From: Nitrospirota bacterium
GTDB lineage: Bacteria > Nitrospirota > UBA9217
Length of the DNA: 64,000 nucleotides
Reading direction: 5' to 3'
Assembly: GCA_963663225.1 (NCBI GenBank)
Contig: OY760142.1
Location: 288,001-352,000 of the forward strand
Position numbers and translations under genes: made by a program. Of this stretch, positions 48,242-57,818 are shown in pieces. The stretch's first letter is position 1, and the number at the start of each line of letters is the position of its first letter. The notes beneath the pieces were generated by a model. That model was not told where the DNA came from. It did no database searches and worked only from the letters and a program-made list of their open reading frames with translations.

Positions 48242-50242
48242 TTATTTATAAACTCCCGACCCTACAATAATATCTTCGTAGCGTTCAACATAGGCTGTTT
48301 TGTCTTCGATCTGTTTGGTAATCGGGTTCGAGAATTTATAGTTTTGCCATCCTTTGCCCCGTGTTTTGGCAATCTCCACCCGTTCTTGTACAAAAGGTTT
48401 ACCGTCCGCATCCAGGAGAGCCATCCAGTCTTTCCCGATCCTGTCCGGATTCTGGCCGTGGGCAAGGCATTTTCCGTTCAAATCGTAGACATCAACATAC
48501 AGATCACGATTTGTGAATTTACCTTTCAGCTTGCTGAATTCTTCATACGCTTTTTCCTTGCCGTTCATTTTAAGAAATTCAATCGCTTTCTTGACCAGCG
48601 TCTCGGCTTCCACGGTTGTCCCCTTGAAAAAAGCCACCATTTCCGCCAATCCGGCGGAAAGCTTTGCAAGTTCTTCCGCTGAAATTTTAATCTGATCTGA
48701 TGAATTTGCCGCACGCTTCGTAATGCTCGATATGTTTTCCATATTCTGGGTGACCTGTTCCGAGGCCGCGGATTGTTCTTCCGTTGCCGCCGCAATCCGC
48801 TGCACCATGTCCATGGCATTTGTCGATGCCGTCACAATGGTATCAAGAGACGAACTTGCCTGTTTCGCAAGCTCCACGCCTTTGTCTACTTCATCGCTTC
48901 CGCGTTTCATAGCATCAACGGATTCTCCGGCGGCTGTCTGAATTGCCGCGATGCGCTGGGTAATGTCCTGCGTTGCCTGGCCTGTCCGTTCTGCAAGCTT
49001 CCTGACTTCATCCGCCACCACGGCAAAACCGCGTCCCTGTTCACCTGCGCGGGCGGCCTCGATGGCGGCATTCAGCGCCAGCAGGTTCGTCTGATCTGCA
49101 ATACCGTTAATAACCGCAACAATTTCGCCAATCTGCGCCGAACTTTTTCCGAGTTCTTCAATGGTACCCGCTGCTTCCTGTACTGTTTGCGCGATTCTGA
49201 CCATATCGCTTGCCGTGGTATCCACAATCTGTTTGCCCTGCGTGGCGGTATCTGAGGAATTCTTTCCCGCTTCTGCCGCACTGGATGCGTTTTTGGCAAC
49301 GTCCATGATGGTTTGGGAAACCTCCGTCATGGCCGTTACAATCTGTTCTACCTGTGACGAAAGTTCCTGCGATCCTTTGCTCAATTCATCGGAAGTTAAC
49401 GAAAGATTGTTGCTCCCAAAACTTACACTGTCTGCTGTATTCTTTACGTCTGCAACCACGACCCTCAATTTTTCTATCATGATTTGCATGGAGGAGACCA
49501 GTTGACCGATCTCGTCATTACTCGATGCTTTCATATCCGTGTTTAGATTGCCGTGTGCGAGGCCCTCGGCAACGACAACGGCCTGTTTAAGCGGATTAAC
49601 AATCCCACGGCCCAGGTAGGCAGCGATAAAGAAAGCAAGGACCAGAGCGCCGACAGTCAGGACAAACATGAGGACAAGGGTGTTCTTATACATTGCCACA
49701 GATACGGTGTACCGATATTCAGTGCGTTTTGCCTGGTGATTTGCCAGAGCATCTACTGCGCTTATCCAATTACCGGCAGCCGGACCAGCCTCCCTGTCGA
49801 GAACAGCGAGGGCCGCTTCGGTTTTATTCGCCAGTGCAAGTTCAATGACTCTGTTATTAAGTGGACGGATCGTCGTCGTTGCTGTTTTTACCTTTTCCAC
49901 CAATGCGAGGCCTTCCGCGTCATCTTTCTGCACCATCGATTGAAGTTTGTTGAACGCCGCATCGTATCGTTCCCGCTCTTTCTGAATTTTTTTCATCAAG
50001 CCTTGTTTTTTTTCGGCGCCTTTTTCCAAAAGCATGCTCTGCAAGGATATAATTACTTCACGTACAGAGTCAGACATATCATTTGCCATCTGCATCCGAA
50101 CATTGTTTACCGTAACAATTCTCTCAAGATTGTCCTGTATTCGCCCGATGTTATAAATACCAAGAAGCGTCATTGATGTTGTAAGAACCAGAACCAATCC
50201 GAATCCTACAGCCAACCGGGGCCCAATCTTCATATTTTTCAT
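48242..50242 (-). CDS. Methyl-accepting chemotaxis protein: four-helix-bundle sensor, HAMP, signalling domain, C-terminal sCache_2
   Basis: [12 protein letters not shown] four-helix-bundle start; tail EAETLVKKA...[17 protein letters not shown]...[12 protein letters not shown]...GSGVYK. Confidence 0.9.
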   Translation of the reverse strand: MKNMKIGPRLAVGFGLVLVLTTSMTLLGIYNIGRIQDNLERIVTVNNVRMQMANDMSDSVREVIISLQSMLLEKGAEKKQGLMKKIQKERERYDAAFNKLQSMVQKDDAEGLALVEKVKTATTTIRPLNNRVIELALANKTEAALAVLDREAGPAAGNWISAVDALANHQAKRTEYRYTVSVAMYKNTLVLMFVLTVGALVLAFFIAAYLGRGIVNPLKQAVVVAEGLAHGNLNTDMKASSNDEIGQLVSSMQIMIEKLRVVVADVKNTADSVSFGSNNLSLTSDELSKGSQELSSQVEQIVTAMTEVSQTIMDVAKNASSAAEAGKNSSDTATQGKQIVDTTASDMVRIAQTVQEAAGTIEELGKSSAQIGEIVAVINGIADQTNLLALNAAIEAARAGEQGRGFAVVADEVRKLAERTGQATQDITQRIAAIQTAAGESVDAMKRGSDEVDKGVELAKQASSSLDTIVTASTNAMDMVQRIAAATEEQSAASEQVTQNMENISSITKRAANSSDQIKISAEELAKLSAGLAEMVAFFKGTTVEAETLVKKAIEFLKMNGKEKAYEEFSKLKGKFTNRDLYVDVYDLNGKCLAHGQNPDRIGKDWMALLDADGKPFVQERVEIAKTRGKGWQNYKFSNPITKQIEDKTAYVERYEDIIVGSGVYK

Positions 50243-50323
50243 TACCCAACGCCTCCAGAAAATTTCAGTGTTTACCGCATGAATAAGAAAAATTTTTTGT
50301 AATCATCTGCGTTTGCTTCAGTC

Positions 50324-51379
50324 CTATACGGCGTTGATGATTTCTCCTGCCATTTCTTCAATGGGGAGCACCTTATCCGCAATCCCCGCTTCCACCACAG
50401 CGCGGGGCATGCCGTAGACTACGCACGTTTCTTCATTCTGTGCGAAAATGCGCGATCCCGTCTGCTTCATAGAAGTCATGCCCTTTACCCCGTCATTACC
50501 CATTCCGGTCAGAATCACGCCAAGCGCCCTGCCGGGATAAAATTCAGCCATGGATTGCATCAAGTAATCAACGGATGGACGGTAAATGAACTCTTCCTTG
50601 TTTTCCGTTATATTCACCACCGTTTCAATGCCCCGCAGACGGTTTACCCGCATATGCCCTCTGCCGGGCGCCACAAGTGCGATGCCCGCTTTCAGCTGCT
50701 CGCCTTCCTCCGCTTCCTTCACGGTAATCTGGCTCAGTTCATTCAGACGCTCCGCAAAAGGTCCGGTAAAGTTGGCCGGCATATGCTGTACGATGATAAT
50801 AGGAACGGGAAAATCCTTCGGCAGGTGCGGAATGATCTCCTGGACTGCACGCGGGCCGCCTGTGGAGGTGCCGATCGCCACGACATTGACCCGCCGCACG
50901 CCGGTCGACAAGGCCGGCACAATCCGGGGCGCGCGGCTTGCGTCAGGAGCACGCTCGACTTTTTTGAGCTTTCGGACCACTCCGCTGCGCGTAATATGCT
51001 TCACCTTGTCGATGAGCATTTCCTTGATTTTGACGATGTTGATGGAGAGCTCTGAAAGGTTCTTGGGAATAAAATCAACCGCACCGTAGTCAAGAGCATC
51101 CAGGGTCACCTGGGCACCTTCAGCGGTAAGTGAACTTACCATGATCACCGGCACGGGGTTCTTTTCCATGATGAGCCGCAGCGCTTCAATCCCGTCCATT
51201 TTCGGCATTTCAACATCCATGGTGACCACGTCGGGTTTGAGAAGAGCGACCTTCTCCACGGCTTCGACGCCGTCCCGTGCTGTCCCGACGACCTTGATCT
51301 CCGGGTCCGATGAAAGCATATTTGTGAGTGCATTTCTCATGAATGCCGAATCATCGGCAATAAGGACTTTTATCGTCAT
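50324..51379 (-). CDS. cheB: Chemotaxis methylesterase CheB (system 2)
   Basis: Receiver plus GTSTGGP, QHMP, YRPSVD and GMGNDG motifs. Confidence 0.95.
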   Translation of the reverse strand: MTIKVLIADDSAFMRNALTNMLSSDPEIKVVGTARDGVEAVEKVALLKPDVVTMDVEMPKMDGIEALRLIMEKNPVPVIMVSSLTAEGAQVTLDALDYGAVDFIPKNLSELSINIVKIKEMLIDKVKHITRSGVVRKLKKVERAPDASRAPRIVPALSTGVRRVNVVAIGTSTGGPRAVQEIIPHLPKDFPVPIIIVQHMPANFTGPFAERLNELSQITVKEAEEGEQLKAGIALVAPGRGHMRVNRLRGIETVVNITENKEEFIYRPSVDYLMQSMAEFYPGRALGVILTGMGNDGVKGMTSMKQTGSRIFAQNEETCVVYGMPRAVVEAGIADKVLPIEEMAGEIINAV

Positions 51380-51419
51380 GGTGAGCACCGTTCTTTCCGT
51401 GCCGTCAAATACATGCTGT

Positions 51420-51827
51420 CTACACGACCCCTTTGCTGTTTAAATGAGAGGAATATTTTTTGTCAGTGTTCTGGATGTGGTTTGCAAGCCAATCTTTGAG
51501 AAAGTTCATTATTTCAACCGTCACGATGGTCTGACCGTCCTGGAACTTTTTCATGACATCTGAAACCTGGCGGGTCAGAGCGTCGTGGTTTGCTTTATGG
51601 GCAAGGTACCCCGGATACAGATGTTTTTGCATCAACCCCTCTTCTGCCGCGAAATGGGTTTTTGTGTACTCAATCAGACCGGCAAGCACGCTTCCCATGA
51701 CCTCTTTGCCTTTTCCCGCCCCCATGGCAGAGTGCAAGTCATTCACTATATTGAACAGTTTCTTGTGTTGTTCATCGATTTCTTTGATATTGACGCTGAG
51801 GCTGTTGTCCCAGACCATAAAAGCCAT
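51420..51827 (-). CDS. Single-domain bacteriohemerythrin
   Basis: W...IDEQH, HFAAEE, HKANH and WLANHIQNTD give the full di-iron ligand set. Confidence 0.93.
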   Translation of the reverse strand: MAFMVWDNSLSVNIKEIDEQHKKLFNIVNDLHSAMGAGKGKEVMGSVLAGLIEYTKTHFAAEEGLMQKHLYPGYLAHKANHDALTRQVSDVMKKFQDGQTIVTVEIMNFLKDWLANHIQNTDKKYSSHLNSKGVV

Positions 51828-51883
51828 GTCCGCATCCTCCTTGAAAAAATGACCGGACCAACACAGAACTCCGGTCAGTCGAT

Positions 51884-53080
51884 TTAAAAACCGAATTCCT
51901 TCAGCAGGTCGTCAACTCCCTCCTGAGACACCCGCTCCGGAGCAGCCTCTGATGATGGGGTTCCAGCATCGATTTTTACGCCAAATTGCGTAATCAACCG
52001 CACCAGCTCGGACTCGATGTCGCCGACCAGCGTTATCACCTTCTTGATTGTCTGCCCGGTAAGGTCCTGGAAAGACTGGGTGGTCAGTATCTGGGTGAGA
52101 TCGTCCTCCAGAGTGTTTTTGAAATCCTTGAGATATGCGATCGTTTCGGGAGGACCTTCCACTTTCCGGATATGCGCGGCGAGATCGTCCATAACAAGGA
52201 TATATTTTTCCACCACGCTCATGGTTTTATTTGCCGCTTCTTCCGTTTTGTCGATGACAAACTGCAGCTTTCCTACGGCTGTGGGAATGTCGCTGTTCGC
52301 AATGTCTTTGAATCTCGGATCCAGCGCATCCTGAAAGCTCTTGACGGTATTGTGCAGTTTTCGGGTAATTTTCCCCACTTCCTGGAACAGATTTCCCTGC
52401 CCCTTTTTCGCCACTGTTTGTATTATGGTGTCCGCCTTAGCATAATCCTGGTTTGCGATGGCATTCATGAAATCCACAATATCGCTGAAGATCTCATTGC
52501 GAGGGTCTTCCGGAGAAAGCAACTTATTTTTCTCAAAATACTCGCGCGCGTCATGCAATTCTTTTACCTTCATTTCTCCGGCCATGGTCTGCACCGTTTT
52601 CAGCACTTCCACCGTGTCGCCTTGTGGCATGTTGTGCACTTCCGCCACTTCTTCCAGGAGGCTTTGATCGCTGAGAGGTATAAGCTTTCCCGTATCCAGC
52701 AAAACAATTAAACGCCCGTCGAGCTTCGCGACGCCGGTGATTTCCTGAGAGTGGGAGCGGGAGAGCCCTTCCGGAGACTCTATGGTGCTCTCGTCAAGGC
52801 TAAGGACCCCGGTTATTCCATCAACGATAATGCCGAAGATCAGCCTGCCGCTCACGATTACGATTACCTTGGTGCCTCCGGTGCCGTTTTCAGGCACGTT
52901 GATGAGTTTTTTAAGATTCACCAGCGGAATGACATTGCCCCGCAAATTCGTAATGCCCCGCAAGTATGCAGGAGACTGGGGAAGATTAGTGACCGAGGGG
53001 ATGTTGACTATCTCCCGTACTTTCGTAATGGGAATGGCATATTCCCCGGTATGGAGACGAAAACCGATATATTGTTGCAC
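51884..53080 (-). CDS. CheW-CheZ fusion protein
   Basis: N-terminal CheW (GITNLRGNVIPLVNL, FGIIVDGI); C-terminal CheZ (VGKITRKLH, TEEAANKTM, QSFQDLTGQTIKKV, SQEGVDDLLKEFGF). Confidence 0.9.
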   Translation of the reverse strand: MQQYIGFRLHTGEYAIPITKVREIVNIPSVTNLPQSPAYLRGITNLRGNVIPLVNLKKLINVPENGTGGTKVIVIVSGRLIFGIIVDGITGVLSLDESTIESPEGLSRSHSQEITGVAKLDGRLIVLLDTGKLIPLSDQSLLEEVAEVHNMPQGDTVEVLKTVQTMAGEMKVKELHDAREYFEKNKLLSPEDPRNEIFSDIVDFMNAIANQDYAKADTIIQTVAKKGQGNLFQEVGKITRKLHNTVKSFQDALDPRFKDIANSDIPTAVGKLQFVIDKTEEAANKTMSVVEKYILVMDDLAAHIRKVEGPPETIAYLKDFKNTLEDDLTQILTTQSFQDLTGQTIKKVITLVGDIESELVRLITQFGVKIDAGTPSSEAAPERVSQEGVDDLLKEFGF

Positions 53081-53091
53081 CTGATACCTCC

Positions 53092-54861
53092 TTATACGGC
53101 AGCAAGCATCGCAATGCTTTTCGACAATGATGTTAGGTCTATAATGAATACGACTTTTCCGTCACCGGTAATAGTCGCGCCCAGAATATGCGAGGAGCCG
53201 GTATTGATGCCGTCCACGCTCTTAATGACCGCTTCCTCCTGACCGAGGAGTTCGTCCACGCCGATGCAGAAACGTTTATCCCCGACCGAAACCACGACAG
53301 CGTATTTGTACAAAAGGTCATTTTCCCGGGAGTCGCCGAGTATGCCCGTCAGGTCGAAGAGCGGATACACCCTGCCCCTGACCGTAAGCGCCTCGACGCC
53401 CGCCACTTCGGAAATATCCTCTTTCGAGACCATTAATGTTTCCTCAACAGGCGCGAGAGGAATCGCATATCGCGCAACACCAGATCGGACCATAAGGGTC
53501 TGAATGATTGCCACAGTGAGCGGGAGCCTGATTGTTATTGTCGACCCCGCATCTTTGTTCGTGGTTATTTCAACCGCTCCGTTCAGCTTTGATATGTTCG
53601 TTTTTACCACGTCCATTCCGACACCGCGTCCGGAAAGCTCGGTGGCGACGTCCGCGGTTGAAAAACCGGGAAGAAAAATAAGATTGACAGCTGATTCATC
53701 CGTCATGCGGCCCGCTTCGTCCGCGGTGATGATGCCTTTGGTTAGTGCTTTTTTCTTTACCTTTTCTACATTAACGCCCCTACCGTCGTCCGAAACTTCG
53801 ATTACGATCTGGTTTCCTTTTTGGGAAGCGCGTATTGTTATGGTCCCCTGCTCCGATTTTCCTTTGGCCACCCGTTCTTCCGGCGTTTCAAGGCCGTGGT
53901 CAATCGCGTTCCGAATGATATGCACCATAGGATCGCCGATATGTTCAATTACGGAACGGTCCACTTCCGTGTCCTCACCGAACACTTTCAGGTCGACCTG
54001 TTTACCGAGAGAACCCGACAAGTCCCTTACCAACCGCGGGAACTTGCTGAATACTTTTTGGATCGGCTGCATGCGCATGCGCATCACGCCCAACTGCATG
54101 TCCGATGTTATCAGATCGAGGAATGAAACCGCCTCGTTCAGGCTTTCCACTTCACGGTCATCTGTATATTTTTGCTCGAGACGGTTCATGATGTTCAGCA
54201 GTCTGTTCCGCACCAGAACGACCTCGCCGGTCAGATCCATGACCTTATCAATTTTCCCGACCTCAACCCGAAGCGTCTGCAAAGAGTCTTTCTTCTCTGA
54301 TACCATTTCTGACTGACCCTGGCCGTGTTCAGCATCTTTTTTCTGGTTTGCCGCGTCCGTAGAAGGTTCCGGGGTGCTTGTTGCCGCCATCGGCTTTTCC
54401 TTCCGGATTTCCGCTTCGGCAGTTTTCACGGGTTCCCGTTTCTGTTCCGCGACCGGCGCCGCTTCCTTCAGCTGGGCCGTGGCGAGCACGTTGCCGAGCT
54501 CTTTTACCAGCGAGGTAATGTCCTCCTGGACACCGTCCTTGTCGCGGATATGTCTGAGCAGAAGCCTGAGCATATCCACACTCTTCAGGATAACATCGAT
54601 CAGTGGGCGTGAAATGCTCATTTCACCTTCCCGCACTTTCTTCATTATGTTTTCGGCATTGTGCGCCACGTCCACGATCGACTGAAACCCGAGGAAGCCC
54701 GCAGCGCCCTTGATGGTATGGACGCTTCGGAACAGTTTGTTGACAATTTCCTGATCGCTTCCCTTCGCTTCAAGCTCCACGAAAAGCGTATCGACATTAT
54801 CAAGGGTTTCTTCAGATTCCGCGATGAATTCCGCTGTTATTTCTTCCATTTCATCAGACAT
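53092..54861 (-). CDS. cheA: Chemotaxis histidine kinase CheA (system 2, no P2 domain)
   Basis: FRSVHTIKG, GEVVLVRNRL, HIIRNAIDHG and SGRGVGMDVV motifs. Confidence 0.95.
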   Translation of the reverse strand: MSDEMEEITAEFIAESEETLDNVDTLFVELEAKGSDQEIVNKLFRSVHTIKGAAGFLGFQSIVDVAHNAENIMKKVREGEMSISRPLIDVILKSVDMLRLLLRHIRDKDGVQEDITSLVKELGNVLATAQLKEAAPVAEQKREPVKTAEAEIRKEKPMAATSTPEPSTDAANQKKDAEHGQGQSEMVSEKKDSLQTLRVEVGKIDKVMDLTGEVVLVRNRLLNIMNRLEQKYTDDREVESLNEAVSFLDLITSDMQLGVMRMRMQPIQKVFSKFPRLVRDLSGSLGKQVDLKVFGEDTEVDRSVIEHIGDPMVHIIRNAIDHGLETPEERVAKGKSEQGTITIRASQKGNQIVIEVSDDGRGVNVEKVKKKALTKGIITADEAGRMTDESAVNLIFLPGFSTADVATELSGRGVGMDVVKTNISKLNGAVEITTNKDAGSTITIRLPLTVAIIQTLMVRSGVARYAIPLAPVEETLMVSKEDISEVAGVEALTVRGRVYPLFDLTGILGDSRENDLLYKYAVVVSVGDKRFCIGVDELLGQEEAVIKSVDGINTGSSHILGATITGDGKVVFIIDLTSLSKSIAMLAAV

Positions 54862-54942
54862 GATTTGCTCCGCTCAGTGTTTCTTGTCATTTTCGGCTGA
54901 GATTTTACTCCCTGGTATTTTCATCGGCCATGCAGCGCGATG

Positions 54943-55332
54943 TTATTTTTTCAGCCGTTCGAATATCTTTTCCATCTTCTCCGAAAAAACTTCCGCGGTA
55001 AACGGTTTCACAATATAGTTGTTTACGCCCGCCTTGATTGCGGTGACCACTTTTTCCTTTTCCGCCTCCGCGGTGACCATCAGGATCGGCAGGTCCTTGA
55101 GATCAGCATCTGCCCGTACGCTTTTCAGTAAATCCAGACCGTCCATGTTCGGCATGTTCCAGTCGGAAACCATGAAGCCAAACCCGCCGGTCTTGAGCTT
55201 GTTGAAAGCCTGGGCTCCGTCCTCCGCTTCTTCCACGTTGTCGTACCCCAGCTGCTTCAGCACGTTTTTGACGATTCTCCGCATTGTCGAGAAGTCATCC
55301 ACGACAAGAATTTTCATTTTTGGATCAGGCAT
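54943..55332 (-). CDS. cheY: CheY (enteric-like, probably motor-binding)
   Basis: [31 protein letters not shown] and YIVKPFT motifs. Confidence 0.95.
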   Translation of the reverse strand: MPDPKMKILVVDDFSTMRRIVKNVLKQLGYDNVEEAEDGAQAFNKLKTGGFGFMVSDWNMPNMDGLDLLKSVRADADLKDLPILMVTAEAEKEKVVTAIKAGVNNYIVKPFTAEVFSEKMEKIFERLKK

Positions 55333-55717
55333 GACCTTTTCCTCCCTCAGCAAACATTTTCTTTAAAATAGTCCGTATATTCTGCATAACGACTTCAGCA
55401 GTAACCGGTTTCGTAAGATATCCGTTCACTCCCGCGCTAAAGGCCCGTTCCCGTTCCACATTGTCCATTTCCGTGGTCACCATCAAAATCGGAAGATGCG
55501 CCTGCTGAGCATCGGCCCTGACTGCTTTTACAAATTCAATGCCGTCCATATACGGCATGTTGAGATCGCTGATGATCAGGTTGACATTTTCGCTTCCCAG
55601 TTTTTCGAGTCCGTCAAGGCCGTTTTCAGCATGGACCACTTCGAATCCTTTTGATTTTAAAAAGAGACCGAGAAGTTTCCGGGTCGTCTTATCGTCGTCT
55701 ACAATCATGATCTTCAT
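55325..55717 (-). CDS. Second single-domain response regulator (CheY-like)
   Basis: IVDDD, ISDLNMP, MVTTE and YLTKP motifs. Confidence 0.88.
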   Translation of the reverse strand: MKIMIVDDDKTTRKLLGLFLKSKGFEVVHAENGLDGLEKLGSENVNLIISDLNMPYMDGIEFVKAVRADAQQAHLPILMVTTEMDNVERERAFSAGVNGYLTKPVTAEVVMQNIRTILKKMFAEGGKGHA

Positions 55718-55719
55718 TC

Positions 55720-56535
55720 TTATCCCCTCTGATACGCGATAACTTTATTAATAAGAACCGGCCGAAACGCCCGTGTAATGTTATGCAGGCTTTCCGCAGA
55801 GCCGATGATCAGAAATCCGCCCGGTCGCAGGCTGTCATACAGCAGGGAAACTACTTTCTGCTTTGCTTTATCGTCAAAATAAATAAGCACGTTTCTACAA
55901 AAAATTGCGTCCATAGCCGGAAGCGTTTTGATTTTCTTTTCATCGGTCAGGTTGATATTTAAAAATTTGACCGTATTTCTCACGACGACATCAATCTCAT
56001 GCCCTGTTCCGTTTTTTTTGAAATACTTACTCAAGTATGGTTCTTTTACGGTCCTCATCGAGTAGGAGCCGTAGACGCCTTTTTTAGCTGCTTCCAGCAC
56101 TTCATTGCTGATGTCTGAAGCAAAGATTTCCATTTTTGAGCACTGTTTCTTTTCCATAAGCATCATGGCAAGCGTATATGCTTCCTCTCCCGTGGAAGAC
56201 GCGGCAGACCAAATCCTGATATCGGAAGAACTCTTGCTTTCCAGGATGCGTCCCACAAGAATGTCGTTGAATACATCCAGCTGCAGCGGTTCGCGAAAAA
56301 AATACGTTTCATTTACCGTCACGGCGTCAAAGAGCTTTGCGAGTTCATCTCCATTCAGGCCTGTACGGACGAATTGAAGGTATTCGTCGAACGTTTTCAG
56401 CTTCTTTTCTTCAAGCCTCGAAGCGAGCTTCTTCTCAAGCAGGTATTTTTTGGTGTCCGGAATAAAAATGCCGCTTTTCTCGTAGATGAAGTCTCTGAGC
56501 TGCCTGAATGTGGCATCCTGCAAAACGGCATTCAT
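55720..56535 (-). CDS. cheR: Chemotaxis methyltransferase CheR (system 2)
   Basis: TVNETYFFRE, WSAASSTGEE and IFCRNVLIYF motifs. Confidence 0.94.
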   Translation of the reverse strand: MNAVLQDATFRQLRDFIYEKSGIFIPDTKKYLLEKKLASRLEEKKLKTFDEYLQFVRTGLNGDELAKLFDAVTVNETYFFREPLQLDVFNDILVGRILESKSSSDIRIWSAASSTGEEAYTLAMMLMEKKQCSKMEIFASDISNEVLEAAKKGVYGSYSMRTVKEPYLSKYFKKNGTGHEIDVVVRNTVKFLNINLTDEKKIKTLPAMDAIFCRNVLIYFDDKAKQKVVSLLYDSLRPGGFLIIGSAESLHNITRAFRPVLINKVIAYQRG

Positions 56536-56537
56536 TA

Positions 56538-57770
56538 TTATTTGCCCTCCAGCAGCCACGTAACGCGCTCCCTGATCGTTTTCTCCTGGTGCTCTTTGAG
56601 CGGCGCCAAAAACGTCGCTGCGTTGTCGCCCGCCAGCACAGCAACTGCATCTATTGCCGCAAGAACCACATGGGTGCTTACGTCTTTAAACAGAGGGGTG
56701 ATGTGCGGCAAAGCGTCAGCATTCCCCAGTTCTTTCAGAATATCGAGCGTAATCACCTTGCCCCGGAATTTTATCGCGGGATTGCGCAGTGTCTCGATGA
56801 AATCTTCCTGGTCCATAAAGTCCATCAGCGTCTGCTTTATTTCTGCAAGCCGCTCGTCGCCCATCGGATCAGACGGGTCAAGCAAGCCTGCAATGTCGAT
56901 GATATTCGGTATTGCGCGCTTTTCTCCTATATCGACGAGACCGCGAATAGCGATAAGGCGGTCTTCCCAGTCTCCCTGTTTCAGGATGCTCATCAACGTA
57001 TCGGTAACACCGTTCATGGATGGAGAAAGCCCTGTTTGGACAAGACTTTTCACAACCGCATTTTTCTCCATATCAGCGGCTTTCGGAAGATAGTCATACA
57101 GAATGGCGCTTGCCTGGGGCGTTGGAAACTTTCCCAGTGCCTCGATAGCTGCATACCGGAGTGCTGCGGAAGAGCTCGAAAGAAGGCCTTTTACCGGTCC
57201 GAGTGATGATTCATCGCTGAATAAGGAAAGTGCATCCAGAGCAGAGAAACAAACCCACTCTTCGTCCCGCAACGCTGCGATTAATGCGGGAATTGCCTCC
57301 CGATAGTTTAAAATGGCCAGCGTCTTTGCGGCTGATGAGCGTACATTTGCGTTGGGATCAATCTGCATCAACTTCACAATTTCTCCCGGGTAGTCGCAGG
57401 TTTTGATATCACCGATCAGATCCACGGCAAATTTGCGGATGTCATCATCCTTGTCAATAAAGAGATCCCGGAGCAGCGGAACTGTCGGCGGTCCGATCTC
57501 TTTTAAAATGACCAAAGTCGTATTTCTCAATAACGGCCCTTCCCGGAGCAGAGGGATCACCATGTACGCGGTCACTTCTCCCCCGATGTTTATCAAAGAA
57601 CGCATTGCGGCGTCCTGCACTCCCGGATTTTCATCATGCAGCGCCTTGATAAGGGGGTAAATCGCCCGCTCATCAGCGCCGCCAAGCGATTCTGCAGCCG
57701 CTCTCCGCTGTCCTGGATCGGCGCCTGCGAGGTCGCTTTTCAACCGGGTAAGTTGTTCTGTTTCCAGCAT
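56538..57770 (-). CDS. HEAT-repeat protein
   Basis: Repeated RxAAxxLG and LxxxLxDxxxxVR units. Confidence 0.88.
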   Translation of the reverse strand: MLETEQLTRLKSDLAGADPGQRRAAAESLGGADERAIYPLIKALHDENPGVQDAAMRSLINIGGEVTAYMVIPLLREGPLLRNTTLVILKEIGPPTVPLLRDLFIDKDDDIRKFAVDLIGDIKTCDYPGEIVKLMQIDPNANVRSSAAKTLAILNYREAIPALIAALRDEEWVCFSALDALSLFSDESSLGPVKGLLSSSSAALRYAAIEALGKFPTPQASAILYDYLPKAADMEKNAVVKSLVQTGLSPSMNGVTDTLMSILKQGDWEDRLIAIRGLVDIGEKRAIPNIIDIAGLLDPSDPMGDERLAEIKQTLMDFMDQEDFIETLRNPAIKFRGKVITLDILKELGNADALPHITPLFKDVSTHVVLAAIDAVAVLAGDNAATFLAPLKEHQEKTIRERVTWLLEGK

Positions 57771-57791
57771 AAATCTCCCTCCTGGATCATC

Positions 57792-57818
57792 TTATCGGCT
57801 TTTTCCCACGGTTCTTTA
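57792..57818 (-). promoter_or_regulatory. Sigma28 promoter of chemotaxis system 2
   Basis: TAAA-gaaccgtgggaaaaa(15)-GCCGATAA, exact consensus. Confidence 0.88.
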
